From Octopus vulgaris (Eukaryota): a stretch of 64,000 nucleotides of DNA. Positions within the stretch are counted from its first letter, which is position 1; each line of letters opens with the position of its first letter. Positions 30,741-46,749 of the stretch are shown piece by piece. The translations under genes and the position numbers were made by a program. The notes below the pieces were generated by a model, which ran no database searches, was not told the origin of the DNA, and saw only the letters and a program-made list of their open reading frames with translations. The stretch is from contig OX597821.1 of the NCBI GenBank assembly GCA_951406725.2, positions 992,001-1,056,000 of the forward strand, read 5' to 3'.

Positions 30741-30828
<88 letters not shown>

Positions 30829-30919
30829 AGGAAAGAAAGAAAGAATGTGCGAGAAAAAGTGAAATTAGATTCACGCACGGACATGCATAAATAGAGGCAC
30901 AAAAATACAGGCGCGCGCG

Positions 30920-30978
<59 letters not shown>

Positions 30979-31489
30979 GATCTATCTATCTATCTATCTT
31001 GCATGCACGCTATTATGTGAGTGCATTTATATCTGAATATGTGCCATACACAGAAAGAGGAAGAAGCACATAGATACGAATCAACCTCATTTATACACAA
31101 AAGAAGCCTGCGTGTTTATATATATATGCATGTGTGTGTGTGTGTGTGTGTGTGTGCGCGTGTGTGTATAAATGTGACAAAGAGTGAGTTTATATGGAAT
31201 AAGCGGAAGAGCGAGGTGTGAAGCGATATAACACAGAGCGCGAAAAACACGCACACACAGAAAGGTAAATAGAATTACGTCTATAAAAAGGTATACACAC
31301 ACACACACACACGTGCGCGCAGGAATTGCACATATACATACAGAAAAACCACACACACACACACACACATGGAGGCGTAAAGACTAAGCAGAAATCACGC
31401 TCCGCGCACGTACACACATGCAAATGCATACACACACAATACATGTGTATAAGAATATGCGGATATTTCGAAATATAGATATAAAGATC

Positions 31490-31549
<60 letters not shown>

Positions 31550-31752
31550 ACAGAAGAGAAAGAGAAAGAGAAGAAGACCGTAATACATATGGCAAATGTT
31601 GTTTGGTTGTGCATATAATGAACAATGTTGGACAATTTCCAATATTTGTCAACCAATTCCATCTCGGAATTTTAGCATTCTTCGCTCTTTCTTTCCAAAA
31701 CGCTAATAAACAGGGATTACAGCTCTCGCTCTTTCTGTCTTACACACCCATT

Positions 31753-31813
<61 letters not shown>

Positions 31814-32339
31814 ACACACACACACACACAACACACACACACACACACACACGTATCCTTGAAAAATGAATGTACAGGTATAAAATTGTGTATCTGTGCG
31901 TGTGTGAATTTACAGTTTCGTAGCCATATCTTGTAAATGTGCGTACTGACGTGGTATACATACATACATGCATATATGCATACATACATATAGACATACA
32001 TACATACATACATATATGCATACATACATACATACATACATACATACATACATACATACATACATACATACATACATACATACATACATACAATATGCTC
32101 ATATAGATATGCACATATGTACATACACACACCTCTATCTATACGGACAAGTACAAATACAAAAATACACACACACATGTATATATGTATATATGTATGT
32201 ATGTATGTATGTATATATGTATGTATCTATCTAAATTTGAACGTATGTTTGTATATATACATACATACATAAGCATATGTATATATACAAACACACACAC
32301 ACACATATGTATATATTCATACATATATACATATACGTA

Positions 32340-32370
<31 letters not shown>

Positions 32371-32592
32371 GCATACACGCATAAATGAATTTGTGTATCT
32401 TTCTATCAATCAATCAATACATACATATATATGAATATATACACGCCACATACATATACACACATCCACATTTACATGCACTCACAAACACACCCGCACA
32501 CACACATGAAGTATTTATGAAATAATCCATATGCACGCGACAAATACGTGATAAGCATTTGTATGCATATATGTATGTATGCTTGTGTGTGC

Positions 32593-32642
<50 letters not shown>

Positions 32643-32680
32643 ATATATATGTATATATATGTATGTATGCTTGTGTGTGC

Positions 32681-32724
<44 letters not shown>

Positions 32725-32741
32725 ATATATATGTATATATA

Positions 32742-32793
<52 letters not shown>

Positions 32794-32954
32794 CATGCAC
32801 TCATAAATACCGCACATTGAATAATGTCGTTTTGCATCCCTAACCGTAGCTATACAAACTCATCCACGCATATACGACTGTATATACACACGTATAAACA
32901 AATGCACACACAGGTGCCCGCACACACAGGTGCCCGCGCACACACACACACATG

Positions 32955-32986
<32 letters not shown>

Positions 32987-33008
32987 TGTATGTATGTATG
33001 TATGTATG

Positions 33009-33081
<73 letters not shown>

Positions 33082-33405
33082 ATATATATATATACTCCAA
33101 TTCTTAGTGCGTTTCTGGGTATTGTATACGGATATAAGAACACATATGTTCATATATATTTTAAGTTATTCACATATATTCACATACATGTTGCATTACA
33201 CGCTCTCTCACACATACACACACACATACCGAAATACACACATACAAATAAACTCATATGTGTCATATATATATGTGTTGACACAAAATGACAGTCATAT
33301 GATGTAATTACGATTCGAATGCTCACTACACACACACACACACATACTCATATATACATGTAAATATGTATATACACATATAAACCTACGCACAAATACA
33401 CACAC

Positions 33406-33457
<52 letters not shown>

Positions 33458-33598
33458 GCATACGCATACATACGTACATGTATAAACGTATGTGTATATG
33501 AGCCAAAAAACCAAAGTAGTACACGTGAAATTTAAATTATCTCATGAAATATGTATGTATATGTGTGTATTTGTGTGATTCAGTGCATGTGTCGGTAC

Positions 33599-33676
<78 letters not shown>

Positions 33677-33921
33677 TTTAGGCATTATGTGCGTACATAT
33701 ATACATATATACATATACAGATAGTCGTGTATGTATAAATACATATATATGTATATATACACACAAATATACATATTCACTCATAAATACCATATATACA
33801 TGCATGTATATATATATATATATATATATTTATATTATATAGAGGGCATTATTACACATAAATGCCACACGCTAGGAGGGACTTTCAAAGTCATTACTAC
33901 CAAAAATAAACGGATCGTACC

Positions 33922-33967
<46 letters not shown>

Positions 33968-34447
33968 ATGTGTGTGTGACATCTTAATATATATGACACG
34001 AATTTATTTTCGGCTTGCTTTTCAATGGCCATCATTGCTTTTCCTTTTATTGTCTTTAAATATTACTACATTCTTTGTTCATCGAGCTCTTTGCAAAATC
34101 CTTTACACGAGAAAATTATGTTGGAAAGAGAGAGACACTTTACACATTTATATTTCCTTTCTGTGTGTGTGTGTGTGTGTGTTTGTATACTTATTTAAAT
34201 ACACACACATACATGATCACATATCTATGTAAATAGATCTACTTTCTTGTGTTACATAGGTCCCTATTATTGTTGTATAAATACGTACATACATCCATAT
34301 ATACTCACGTACATATATACATCTATGTGTGTGTGTGTGTGCGTGTATATATATGTATCTATCTATCTAGCTACATATATATGTATGTATGTATACACAC
34401 ACATACATATCTACATATATATATATGTATACACGCACATACATATC

Positions 34448-34506
<59 letters not shown>

Positions 34507-35141
34507 CGAGAGAAACATACAAATGTTTACACGCACACATATTCATAGATACATAATTGTGTGAGTATGTAATTATACATTTGTGTATTTGTGTATTTAC
34601 ACACGTTTAAAAACGTTTCTACAACGCGTTAAAAAAACGATGTTTTACAAACGCAAATTTTTCTAATCGAGTTTATTACGATTCCAGAAAACAAAAGAAA
34701 AAAATAAAGAAGTGCACATCATATATATATATATATAAAACAACAGAATGTGAAGTAAGAAATAAAGAAGTGTAATACAATAAGAATTACAAGAAAGAAC
34801 AGAAAATTATTTGAAAACCACAAACAGCTAAAACAAATGGGATTGTTTGCTGTATAAATTCTTGTGTGCGATTACAAAATTGCAGCGCGCACCATTATGC
34901 ATGCCTCCGTTTGTTTCTCTCCATACAAAAGCAAGCACTGTGCCACAATCGAGGACAGCCAATGCAGCAGTGTCCTCCTCGTCATGCATAGTTTTGCATT
35001 TGCATTTGTAGAAGATCTGTCTCCTTCTTCTTCTTCTTCTTCCTCTCAACAATCTACAGATGCACATGAGCTACATTTAACAGTTGTTAAATAGCTGCTG
35101 CACCGCTATTTTTACTCCACACTGTATTACACAAAACGCAA

Positions 35142-35191
<50 letters not shown>

Positions 35192-35713
35192 GTGTGTGTG
35201 TGTGTATATATGCATATATTGAACCATGCCAATAACATACTGAGCATCATTATCGCGCACCTGTGCAAATTTAGACATGCCTCCATGCATGTCTATGTGT
35301 ATGTATACGCGCACGCACACATGCACACACTTATATATAATACATTCCTTTCTTTCTCTCTCTCTCTCTATATATATACATATATACACACTTACATACA
35401 CACATTTATAACGCTCTATGTACACATTCACACACACACACATATGCACAGATACAGAAGCACGTGTAAACATATGCACACTCAAGATTGCAGATGTAAC
35501 ATGCACACCTCCATAACCGCTTCGCCGTGTCTCCAAGAATCTGTCCCTAAATAGTACGTTTCGCGAACATATATATATATCAGAGTTTTTACTGCACACA
35601 TATATACACACACCCATATGTATATACACACACACTCACACACACATATGTAGGTATGTACATACACTCATTCATGTATACCTACATAGTCATTTACATA
35701 TATGTATATATAC

Positions 35714-35755
<42 letters not shown>

Positions 35756-36551
35756 CACACATGCATATGTGTACATACACACAACACTCATATATAAACA
35801 TATATAGAATACTCGTATACTTGTAATTAAATAATCGTGATTAGAAAACAAAATATTTAAGAAACTTTGATTTTCATTTTCCTGAAAACCCATAAATAAT
35901 TTCAACCCTCCCCCAAAGAAATCTCCCCCCCCCCACAAAAAAGACAAAAGAGACATTTATATCTATATTATCAATAAAATAAAATTTTCTCATTATTCAA
36001 AACGTTTTTCGTTCTGGCTATTATTATTACTTGCCCCTGTGGCTAATAACAGAAATTATTATAATAATTATTATTATTATTATTATCATAACCGTATTCC
36101 GTCGGCGGTAAATAAATCACAGATGAACCACTGTATACAGTGACATACTTTGGTTCAATTCAATGGTGGTGGTCACTTGGACTCTCACAAAGTTTCTAGA
36201 TAGAAAGAAAGCTTCTCTTGCATAAATCCGTAGAACATTTTTCATGCTTTATTTTGTTATTTTGTAATTGTTTTGTGTGTTTTATAATTAATATCACAGT
36301 TAACCATAACCATTTGTAATTATCATGAATGATTAATTATTAATATTAATATCTGGGGTTGTTTTGAAATCTTTCATTATTGGTAAGAACGGCGATAACG
36401 AGTTATAATATCAGAAAAGTTTGTTTAAGAAAATGTTTTGCCGCAAGGGCAGAACACAATACATGCAGAGACATATTCGATACGGTTGACTGATCGATGA
36501 CGGCGACGACGATGATGATGATGATGATAATTAATAATAATAATAATAATA

Positions 36552-36603
<52 letters not shown>

Positions 36604-36894
36604 TAATAATAATAATAACAACAACAACAATAACACATCAACAACTTGTCTTGGTGGTTCTATTAATAATGATAAAATAATGTTGTTGCTGATGATAACG
36701 GTGAGAATATTCGTTCGTAACACACATAATGAAAACAATAATAATAATGATGATGATGATGATAATCGTCATCATCATCGTCGTCAACGTTGTGATGCTC
36801 CCTTATCGATAGATACATAGTGATGGTTTGTGATGTGTTATGGTCACAGTTGTACGAAAAGAGTTAAAGTTTATCACAATATATATATATATAT

Positions 36895-36954
<60 letters not shown>

Positions 36955-37199
36955 CAAAATACAAAAGCAAAGAAAAAACCAAAGCCCGACGATTCCTTCC
37001 CGCAACCCCTGCGCACCCTGCGCACCCCGCACAACAAGATCTGGAACAATATATATACATATATAAAGAAATATAATTATAATAAAACCTGAAAAAGTAG
37101 AAGAAGAGGAAGAAGAAAACGAAGACCAACAACAACAACAACATCAGCAACAGAGTCGAAGTATTAATTCAAATGCAATAATGTATTATATAATAATGT

Positions 37200-37270
<71 letters not shown>

Positions 37271-37306
37271 GTTTGAGTAGATATATGTATATCTACTCAT
37301 ATAAAT

Positions 37307-37345
<39 letters not shown>

Positions 37346-37362
37346 CTATGCATGTATACATA

Positions 37363-37403
<41 letters not shown>

Positions 37404-37796
37404 GTGTTAAAACACGTATGCATGGGATTTTATTGTTTTGTATAGTTTTGAATATTTTTTTAAAGTTTTTTTTAGAAATACATTTAAAAAGTAATGGAAA
37501 AGAGAAAAAGAAAGAAAAAATATATACATCCATCGTTAGTAAAATGATAGACATGCTGTGTGCAAAAGGTATGTATATGCAATGAAATATACACACCTGT
37601 CTGCTAACGTCTACAGACATACGTGTGTATATACGTGTATGTGTGTGTGTAAATATCTATAGCTATTTGTCCATACTTACACACGCACACCCATAAATAC
37701 ATACATATATATACATATATACTTACATAGATGACTATGTGTGTGTGTGTGTGTGTGTGCGCGTCTGTAGACATATATATATATATGTGTGTGTGC

Positions 37797-37827
<31 letters not shown>

Positions 37828-37911
37828 CGTAATAATGTACCTAAATCACATTTATAGTTAAACGGAAAATATGTATGTGCGCGTGTATGTGTGTAAGTGT
37901 GTGTGTGTATT

Positions 37912-37954
<43 letters not shown>

Positions 37955-38723
37955 CCACATACAGTGCGTATAGGCACATCTGTAATAATATTGATGTAAG
38001 TAAATAAATATGAATTCCAGTGTATATATGTACATATATATTTACATCTGTAGCACTACCTTGCTCTCTTAATAGCCTTTCGATTCCCAGGCGTGTATAT
38101 TTATTCACATTTATACACATATATATGTGCGTATGCATGTATAAAGGTAGGTATTAAACTCTATCCATTTCGTTTAATCTGTATCCAAAATAAACATACA
38201 TATTTATGTAGTCGTATGTATGGCGTAGATTTTTCGACTCTTGTTTCACTGCACAGGTGTGTATATTGTACATAAGCAGCGCTCCTGTATTTATTCACAT
38301 ATATGCATTGTGTACCCTCTATTTTTTTTTTGTTAGTATATATAAGTATGTATAATAAATATAAACACGCGTAAATATATTTATATAAAATTTCTTAATA
38401 ATAATTCAATAAATATGTATGCTCATACACATACATTTACACGTGTGTATATGTATACTGAGATATGTACGTAATCGTATATTATATATATCATACACTT
38501 AGTGTGTTTATGTTTGTGTGTATATATGTGTTTATGTGTGTATGTGTGTATTGTACATCTGCTTCCTTATTTTTTTACCATCGGAGGTTTGTGTATATAT
38601 TGTTGCACACATATACATATATATATCTATATATTTACATGTATGAATTTATGTATGTATATATGTATATATGCATGTATGTATATATATACATATATGA
38701 GATTTCAAAGATTTTTATGGTAA

Positions 38724-38729
38724 GCCTAC
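38724..38729 (-). other. 5' splice donor (G|GTAGGC) of the CELF first coding exon; the intron runs toward the window start
   Basis: Minus strand reads ATG CAT AAG G|GTAGGC. Protein similarity stops exactly here. Confidence 0.85.
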
Positions 38730-39015
38730 CCTTATGCATTCCTGTAAAACGATCCTTTAAAACCGTCAACTCATAGATTTGCCCATATTCCTCAAATATC
38801 GGTCGTAGGTCTTTTTCTTCCAAATTCCTCGGAATTTGCCCCACAAATAATTTGATCGCATCTTGGTCCTTCATGGGTATTGTATTAGGGTGTGATGAGT
38901 TAGCAGATGATGGTCCGTTGACAACTTGCAGATTTTGAGTCGGTATTGTATGCTCACTGCTTGTACCCGGCATTAAAACTCCGTTATGATGCGCTAGAGC
39001 AGAAACCGCTGCCAT
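38730..39015 (-). CDS. CELF: First coding exon of a CELF3-6 / Bruno-like (CUGBP Elav-like) RNA-binding protein: N-terminus plus first half of RRM1
   Basis: [49 protein letters not shown] is nearly identical to RRM1 of CELF3/4/5/6 (RNP2 LFVGQI, start of RNP1 KG). Strong Kozak context AAGATGG; phase-1 GT donor after HK-G. Confidence 0.93.
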
Positions 39016-39723
39016 CTTGTATGGACTTGTCTATCTATCTGTATATTACTGTCTGTATATTTCTATGTGTATTTCTCAGTGCGTGTGCTGCGTGTGCGTG
39101 TGCGTGTGTATGTATGTGTATGTGTGTAAGTCTCTGTCTGTCTGAATGTATCTGTGTGTCTGTGTCTGTGTTTATGGCTATGTCTCTCTCTCTCTCTCAC
39201 TCACTCACTCCCTTTATCCTTCATTCGCGTTCTCCCCTCCCTCTTATTTCCTTACCGCGCTCTCTATCTTTCACTCACTCGCTCTCTCACTCTCTCAGAC
39301 GCACATACTCTCACCGTTCCCCCTCTCTCTCCTTTTCTTTCTATCTATCTCTCGTACACGCTCTCTGCCTGTGTGGATGTTGCTCTATGTGGGTGTATGT
39401 ATGTGTATTCTTCTCTCTATCACTATGTCTATATCTCTACATCTCTACGTCTAAATGTATGCGTATTCACTGCGCGACTCTGCTTGTTTCTGTATCTGTG
39501 TATCCGTATTATGTGTGTGTGTATATGTGCACATATATAATCATATATATGTAGATATATACATATAAATTTACGAATACATCACATATGTACGCACTTG
39601 AATGCGCGCGCGTGGATGCGTGTATATATGTTCGTGCGCGTGGCTGTTTTTGAGTGCTGTTTCACGTTTGCGCGTGTATATATTTGTATATGCGTATATA
39701 TATGAACTATGCTTCCATATATG

Positions 39724-39768
<45 letters not shown>

Positions 39769-40214
39769 ATCTATATGCGTGTGGGTATGTGTGATTGTGT
39801 ATGTATATTTGTACGTGTGTGAGTGTGTGTGCCTATTTTGTGTATACGATCTAGTATGCTTACGTATGTGTGCAGTTCTTCCCGTGCGTGTATGTATGTG
39901 TATTTCGCGTTTGTCTATGTATGTGTTTATGTAGTGCGTGTTTATGTGTGTACACGCATGCGTGTGTATGAATATATGTGTTCCGACATGTATGTAAATA
40001 TGTTATTCAGCCAATGTGTATGAGTTTATGTTTTTGCGTAATGCTTCTAGTTTCGTGTAACACTTGGCTTTAGTGTGAATGCGCGTGAGCGCGTCTATAT
40101 GGAAACATGTGCGTGTCGCTCTGTGCATGCGTTTGCATGTATGTGTGCATGCGTTTGCATGCACATGTGTGCCACTTCTAAGCGTGTGACTGCCGTTGAT
40201 TCGGCGACACGGTC

Positions 40215-40273
<59 letters not shown>

Positions 40274-40279
40274 TATACA

Positions 40280-40345
<66 letters not shown>

Positions 40346-40494
40346 CGTATGTATGTGTATGTATGTCACCTTATATGTGTGTATATGTATGTATACACCT
40401 AAATGAATATAGAATGTGTGTATGTGTATTTATTCAGATCGTAATGTTCGCATGTGTATTAAATGATATCTAAATCATACACACACGCACACAG

Positions 40495-40533
<39 letters not shown>

Positions 40534-40622
40534 AACACACACAATATATATATATATATTTCGCTATCTATCGCTCTATATGTGTGTATGTATGTACCTA
40601 TCTATATACATGTGTTCGTGTG

Positions 40623-40662
<40 letters not shown>

Positions 40663-40694
40663 CACGCTCGTGAACGACCGTGCTTTCTTTCTTC

Positions 40695-40733
<39 letters not shown>

Positions 40734-40752
40734 TCAGTCGCATCCTTTCGCC

Positions 40753-40789
<37 letters not shown>

Positions 40790-40895
40790 GTTTTACCCTT
40801 TTGCTAATACTTCTCCCTCTTACTATATCTGTCTCCCTATTTCTGTTCTCTATCTCTTTCTCTCACCCACTCTCTCTCTTTCTTTCTCTCTCTCT

Positions 40896-41084
40896 CAGTA
40901 TGGCTACATCTGAAAGCGTCTGTACATGTAGCATTATACGTGTGCAAATATTTATATTTAAGAATGTATTCATGCTCTGTTTTTACTCCTCACACTTCTC
41001 TCCTCACTCCACCACCACCACCACCACCACCACCACCACCACCACCACTTTTCTTTTCCCCTCTCACCACACCTTTTAACGACT

Positions 41085-41129
<45 letters not shown>

Positions 41130-41444
41130 TACACGTGTGTGTGTGTGTATACACATCACACTTCCACGTTATCTTACTATGCAGGTGCTTGCGCGCGCGT
41201 GCTTGTTCGGCATGTTTTAATGTTTGTGCGCGTGCGTATGTGCGCTCGTGCGTGCTTGCATGCTCGTGCGCGCCTCGCTCTGATGTCTGCGTATGTGCGT
41301 TGACGCACACGTACATATATATATGTATACATATATATGTGTTTATATATGTACATATATGAAATTCCACAGTATGGCTACATCTGAAAGCGTCTGTACA
41401 TGTAGCATTATACGTGTGCAAATATTTATATTTAAGAATGTATT
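40896..41444. repeat. 75-bp exact direct repeat pair (40896-40970 and 41370-41444)
   Basis: CAGTATGGCTACATCTGAAAGCGTCTG..TTAAGAATGTATT occurs twice. Confidence 0.9.
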
Positions 41445-41682
41445 ACTCGTACGTGCATGTATGTATATACTCACACACACACACACACACACCCTTAAGC
41501 GCGCACACACACCTCCACACCCTCCCACCCACGCACACCCACCCACCCACACACACATTTATCAAAAATATGTATGAATGTATAAATATGCGCGGATAGG
41601 TGTGCAAAAACATATACATCTGGTATACACACACACACATACACACAAACACACATACACGTGTGTGTGTGTGTATACACAA

Positions 41683-41718
<36 letters not shown>

Positions 41719-41822
41719 AAACATTGGACATGTGTATTGAAGGAATTGTGTTTTGTTAATAGGTGAGAATTTGTATGTCTATACATCTATACGCAAATAC
41801 ATACAAATATATACATATTTGA

Positions 41823-41853
<31 letters not shown>

Positions 41854-41859
41854 AACACC

Positions 41860-42256
<397 letters not shown>

Positions 42257-42612
42257 GGTACATATATGTATGTATCTGTATATATTTATGAAAGTTTAGT
42301 TTACAGAAATGATGAATGTGTGAGGATGTGTGTGTGTTTACGTGAGCATGTTTACGGGAATGTTTGTATATGTATGTGTGTATGCGTATGTAGAGAAGAG
42401 AGAGAGAGAGAGGGAGAGAGAGGGAGAGGGTGGGGGAATGAATGAGATAGAGAGAAAGAGAAAAGGAGAGAGAATGAGAGAATGTGAGGTGTTTGAATAT
42501 AAAGGGAGAATATGAAGGTATGACAAAATCAAGGAATGAATAAAAGAATGTATGTATGTATGTATCTCTATGCACACACATGTATGTATGTATGTATATA
42601 CTATACTATCTA

Positions 42613-42691
<79 letters not shown>

Positions 42692-42707
42692 ACGTATACA
42701 TACATAT

Positions 42708-42765
<58 letters not shown>

Positions 42766-43101
42766 TTTTTTCGGATTAAACTAAATAAACCAGTGTGCTC
42801 AATACTACACGTAGAGTAAAATTTCTACATATTTAGTAGAAGTTGGTAACTCCGAGGTTTTGCTTCTGACTCTCGATTCGATAATCTCAGAGTGATGAAA
42901 GAAACGCTTACAGCTCCCGGTATATGTTTGTAATTAACAACATATGTGTGTGTCGAAACGCAGAGTAGATGAAGCCATGACGACTGAAGAAGGGGAATTT
43001 TCCTTGTGTTATTTGTCCTGTACTCTATTTTTTCGTTGTTTAAGAAAAATGTCCAGTTCCTTGGTTTTGTGTTTATGTTTTCGTTTCTCATTGTGTTCGA
43101 C

Positions 43102-43124
43102 GTCTTTGCAGCTTTATTAATGAA

Positions 43125-43200
<76 letters not shown>

Positions 43201-43361
43201 TTCATTAATAAAGCTGCACAGACATCGCAGAAACTGTTACTCAGAGTTTCACTTTCCCGTTCGTTATATGTGTAAGAATACATACAACCTTATTTCCGAC
43301 GAAAGGGAACGGAGAAACTCTGAGTAACAGTTTTTGTGGTGTCTTTGCTGCTTTGTTAATA
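43102..43361. mobile_element. Fold-back remnant (probable Penelope-type terminal sequence) with degenerate hammerhead motifs in both orientations
   Basis: 43102-43128 is inverted to about 43197-43223, and 43203-43263 is inverted to 43299-43361. CCGACGA..GAAACTCTGAGTA lies at 43296-43326. Confidence 0.55.
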
Positions 43362-43456
43362 AGGCATATTACTCTATCTCCGGTATTCGAGTACTATTTT
43401 TTGCACCTTGTTTCACATTTATGTATACCCCGGTATACACACACACACACACACAC

Positions 43457-43508
<52 letters not shown>

Positions 43509-43515
<7 letters not shown>

Positions 43516-43605
43516 GGGTAGGTTTATGGGGATTACGACGTAAGGCTAAACCCCTTATGAACAAGAAATCCAGGGTAACCCCATAAACCGGCTTACCCCA
43601 CTATA
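43509..43605. mobile_element. 97-bp hairpin / MITE-like element
   Basis: TATAGTGGGGTA-GGTTTATGGGG pairs with CCCCATAAACC-(GGCT bulge)-TACCCCACTATA; TA at both ends. Confidence 0.55.
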
Positions 43606-44057
43606 CTATTAACGGTACAACATCCTAGAGTGTGCTTCTCTTCCGGATTCATGTATTTCTACAAACAAACAATCCTATATATATTCAAATATTCGATATT
43701 GTTTATATATATATATACTTGCGTGTGTGTGTGTATTTGTGCATTTATTTATGTGTAAGTACGTACCCCGGGATGAAACTTCTGTTGACCACGATGTATT
43801 GAACCTCACGATAGTTCCAATCTGTCTTTTCTCAATAAACCTACTGAGTTCTTTCAATGTCTGAGACAGCATTATGCAGTCCAGTAGTCCAGTTTAATTA
43901 CACCTACAAGCGCGCCTGCGTGCACTCATAGAGATAAAGCCATAATATGCACACTCTTTTGTTCTAATCACTGGACAGCAGCCATTCTCTCTATATATAT
44001 GTATATACTTGCGTATGTGTGTACGTACATAAATACATTATATATACACAAATATAT

Positions 44058-44393
44058 GGGCGTGGGAGTGGCTGTGTGGTAAGTAGCTTGCTTACCAAAT
44101 ACATTGTTCCGGGTTCAGTCCCACTGCGTGGTACCTTGGGCAAGTGTCTTCTATTATAGTCTTGGGCTGACCAAAGCATTGTGAGTGGATTTGGTAGACA
44201 GAAACTGAAAGAAGCCCGTCGTATATATGTATATGTGTGTGTGTGTGTGTATTTGTGTGTCTGTGTTTGTCACCCCAACATCGCTTCACAATCGATGTAC
44301 AAGACTTCCAAAGAATAAGACCTAGGGTCGATTTGCTCTAGCATGGCCGCAGTCAAATGACTAAAACAAGTAAAAGATTAAAAGAGTAAAGAG
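44058..44393 (+). mobile_element. SINE family A with internal deletions
   Basis: Head, body and (AAAAGAGT)n tail present. Confidence 0.88.
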
Positions 44394-44481
44394 TATTATC
44401 TATGCATACATATAACATCTACACATGTATATATATATATATATATACTATATACTATATATATATATATGTATATATATA

Positions 44482-44530
<49 letters not shown>

Positions 44531-45303
44531 CACTCGCACATATTTGTATACATACAAAAGTACCTAGATACCTAGATACACAGGTACGAACACATTGCTT
44601 CATACATACATAAATACATACATACATACATACATACATACATCCACAAACATACATACATACATACATACATACATACATACATACATACATACATACA
44701 TACATACATACATCCACAAACATAAACCGGGCTGCTTTTATACATTTTATATTTTTTGGCAGATTTGCTATTTGTCTTTGAGTGAAGATGTAGATAGATA
44801 GAGGTTGTTGACATCTTGTGTGGAGTGAGAGAGTAGAGGAATGGTCTAAAGGAGGAATAGCGCTAACCAGAACATCGGAAGGATCACAGAGGCAGCAGAC
44901 AGATAGCGCTGCCAGAGTCTCCTATGTGTATGATTCTATGTGTGTTTGCATGCATGTATGCATGTATGTATGCATGTATGTATGCATCTATGTATGTATG
45001 CATGTGTGTATGTATGTATGTATGTATGTATTTATGTATTTATGCATGTATGCACGGTTGTATGTATACATGCATGTGTGTATATATATTTTATGTATAT
45101 ATGTATGTGTTATGTATGTATGTATGTATGTATGTATGTATCTGTGTCTGTACGTAGATAGATACTTACACTGGCATATTTACACAGATACATATACCCA
45201 TGGAGCATAAATATACATGCATACATATGTATACACACACACACATACAAACACACACGTAGATCCATCCATGCACTACGCAAAGACGCACATACATGTT
45301 TAT

Positions 45304-45382
45304 TGTGTGAGTGTGTGTGAGTGTGTGTGAGTGTGTGTGAGTGTGTGTGAGTGTGTGTGAGTGTGTGTGAGTGTGTGTGAGT
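45304..45382. repeat. (GTGTGTGA)n octamer repeat
   Basis: Direct reading, about 9-10 units. Confidence 0.9.
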
Positions 45383-45599
45383 GGTGTGTCGTGATTTGTA
45401 AGGTCAGAGAACTAATCTGGTATTCCGCCAGAATAAGAAGCCACAACTTAGTACTTAAACACACACACACACACACACAACACACACACACAATACACAC
45501 ACACGTATGTATGTCTGGTTGACAGAGAGTAACAGACGTAGATATGAGTATATCGATAGACAAATAGATAGGTTAGCAGATAGATGAGGAATATACCGA

Positions 45600-45651
<52 letters not shown>

Positions 45652-45959
45652 GTGACGCTTAGATAACCAGTCAGGTAAATAGATAGATAAACAGATACAT
45701 GAACAGATAGATAAAATATATTAGTAAATATATAATCAGGCAGATAGACGGATGGATGGATTTATAGATAGGCATGTAAACAATTAGACAGGCACACACA
45801 CAAACACATACATACATACATACATTCACATATATACGTACACACGTATATGGGGAGAGATGGGGTAGATAGACAGTTAATATATACAAGGCTTGATAGA
45901 CTGGCAGACTGATAAATAGATAGACTGTTAATTAATTAGTTCGATAGACAGATAATTGC

Positions 45960-46031
<72 letters not shown>

Positions 46032-46065
46032 CTGATTGATTGATTGATAGATAGATAACTGACTG

Positions 46066-46182
<117 letters not shown>

Positions 46183-46704
46183 CAGACTGAAGTTGTGACG
46201 CCGTGAGGTTGACTGTGACGCCGTGAGCGCAGAGTTAGACACAGGCAAAGAAAAAGAACGGACAGATGATATAGAATTTTGAAATGGGGTCGTTGGAATG
46301 GTTTAGGGATCTCTGGAGAGAAAGAATGACAAACGAGAGAGGAAGAGAGAGAAGAGTAGGAAGTGATGGGCAAGGATGTGTTGGGAGAATAATAAGAATG
46401 GGAGAGAGAGAAGGGAAGGGTTGTTTAAAATACTATTGTGATGGAGTAAGATTGATGGGGTGGAGGGAGGAAAGATGAAAGGTATAAGAATTGAAAGAGA
46501 CTAAAAGATGCGTAGAAGAACGCGAAATGGTATTGTGGAGGAATGAGAGCGTGAAAGATTCAATATATGGGAAGAGGTGAAAAGCGGATAAGACGGGATT
46601 TTTGAAGAATTCGAGATGGGATTGGTAGAAAGGAAGTATAGATGATTGAAAGACGCAGTAAAGAATTGCTTCTAACAAAAGCGCAAAGCTTGGAAAGTTT
46701 GGAG

Positions 46705-46739
<35 letters not shown>

Positions 46740-46749
46740 TCTAGCACTT

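Noticed and set aside
36684-36730. CTGATGA..AACG/CGTT..GTAA
   Set aside because: GAAA is replaced, stems I and III are absent, and the context is GAT-rich low complexity.
38635-38729. ORF extension [11 protein letters not shown].. beyond MHKG
   Set aside because: Intronic read-through past the GT donor.
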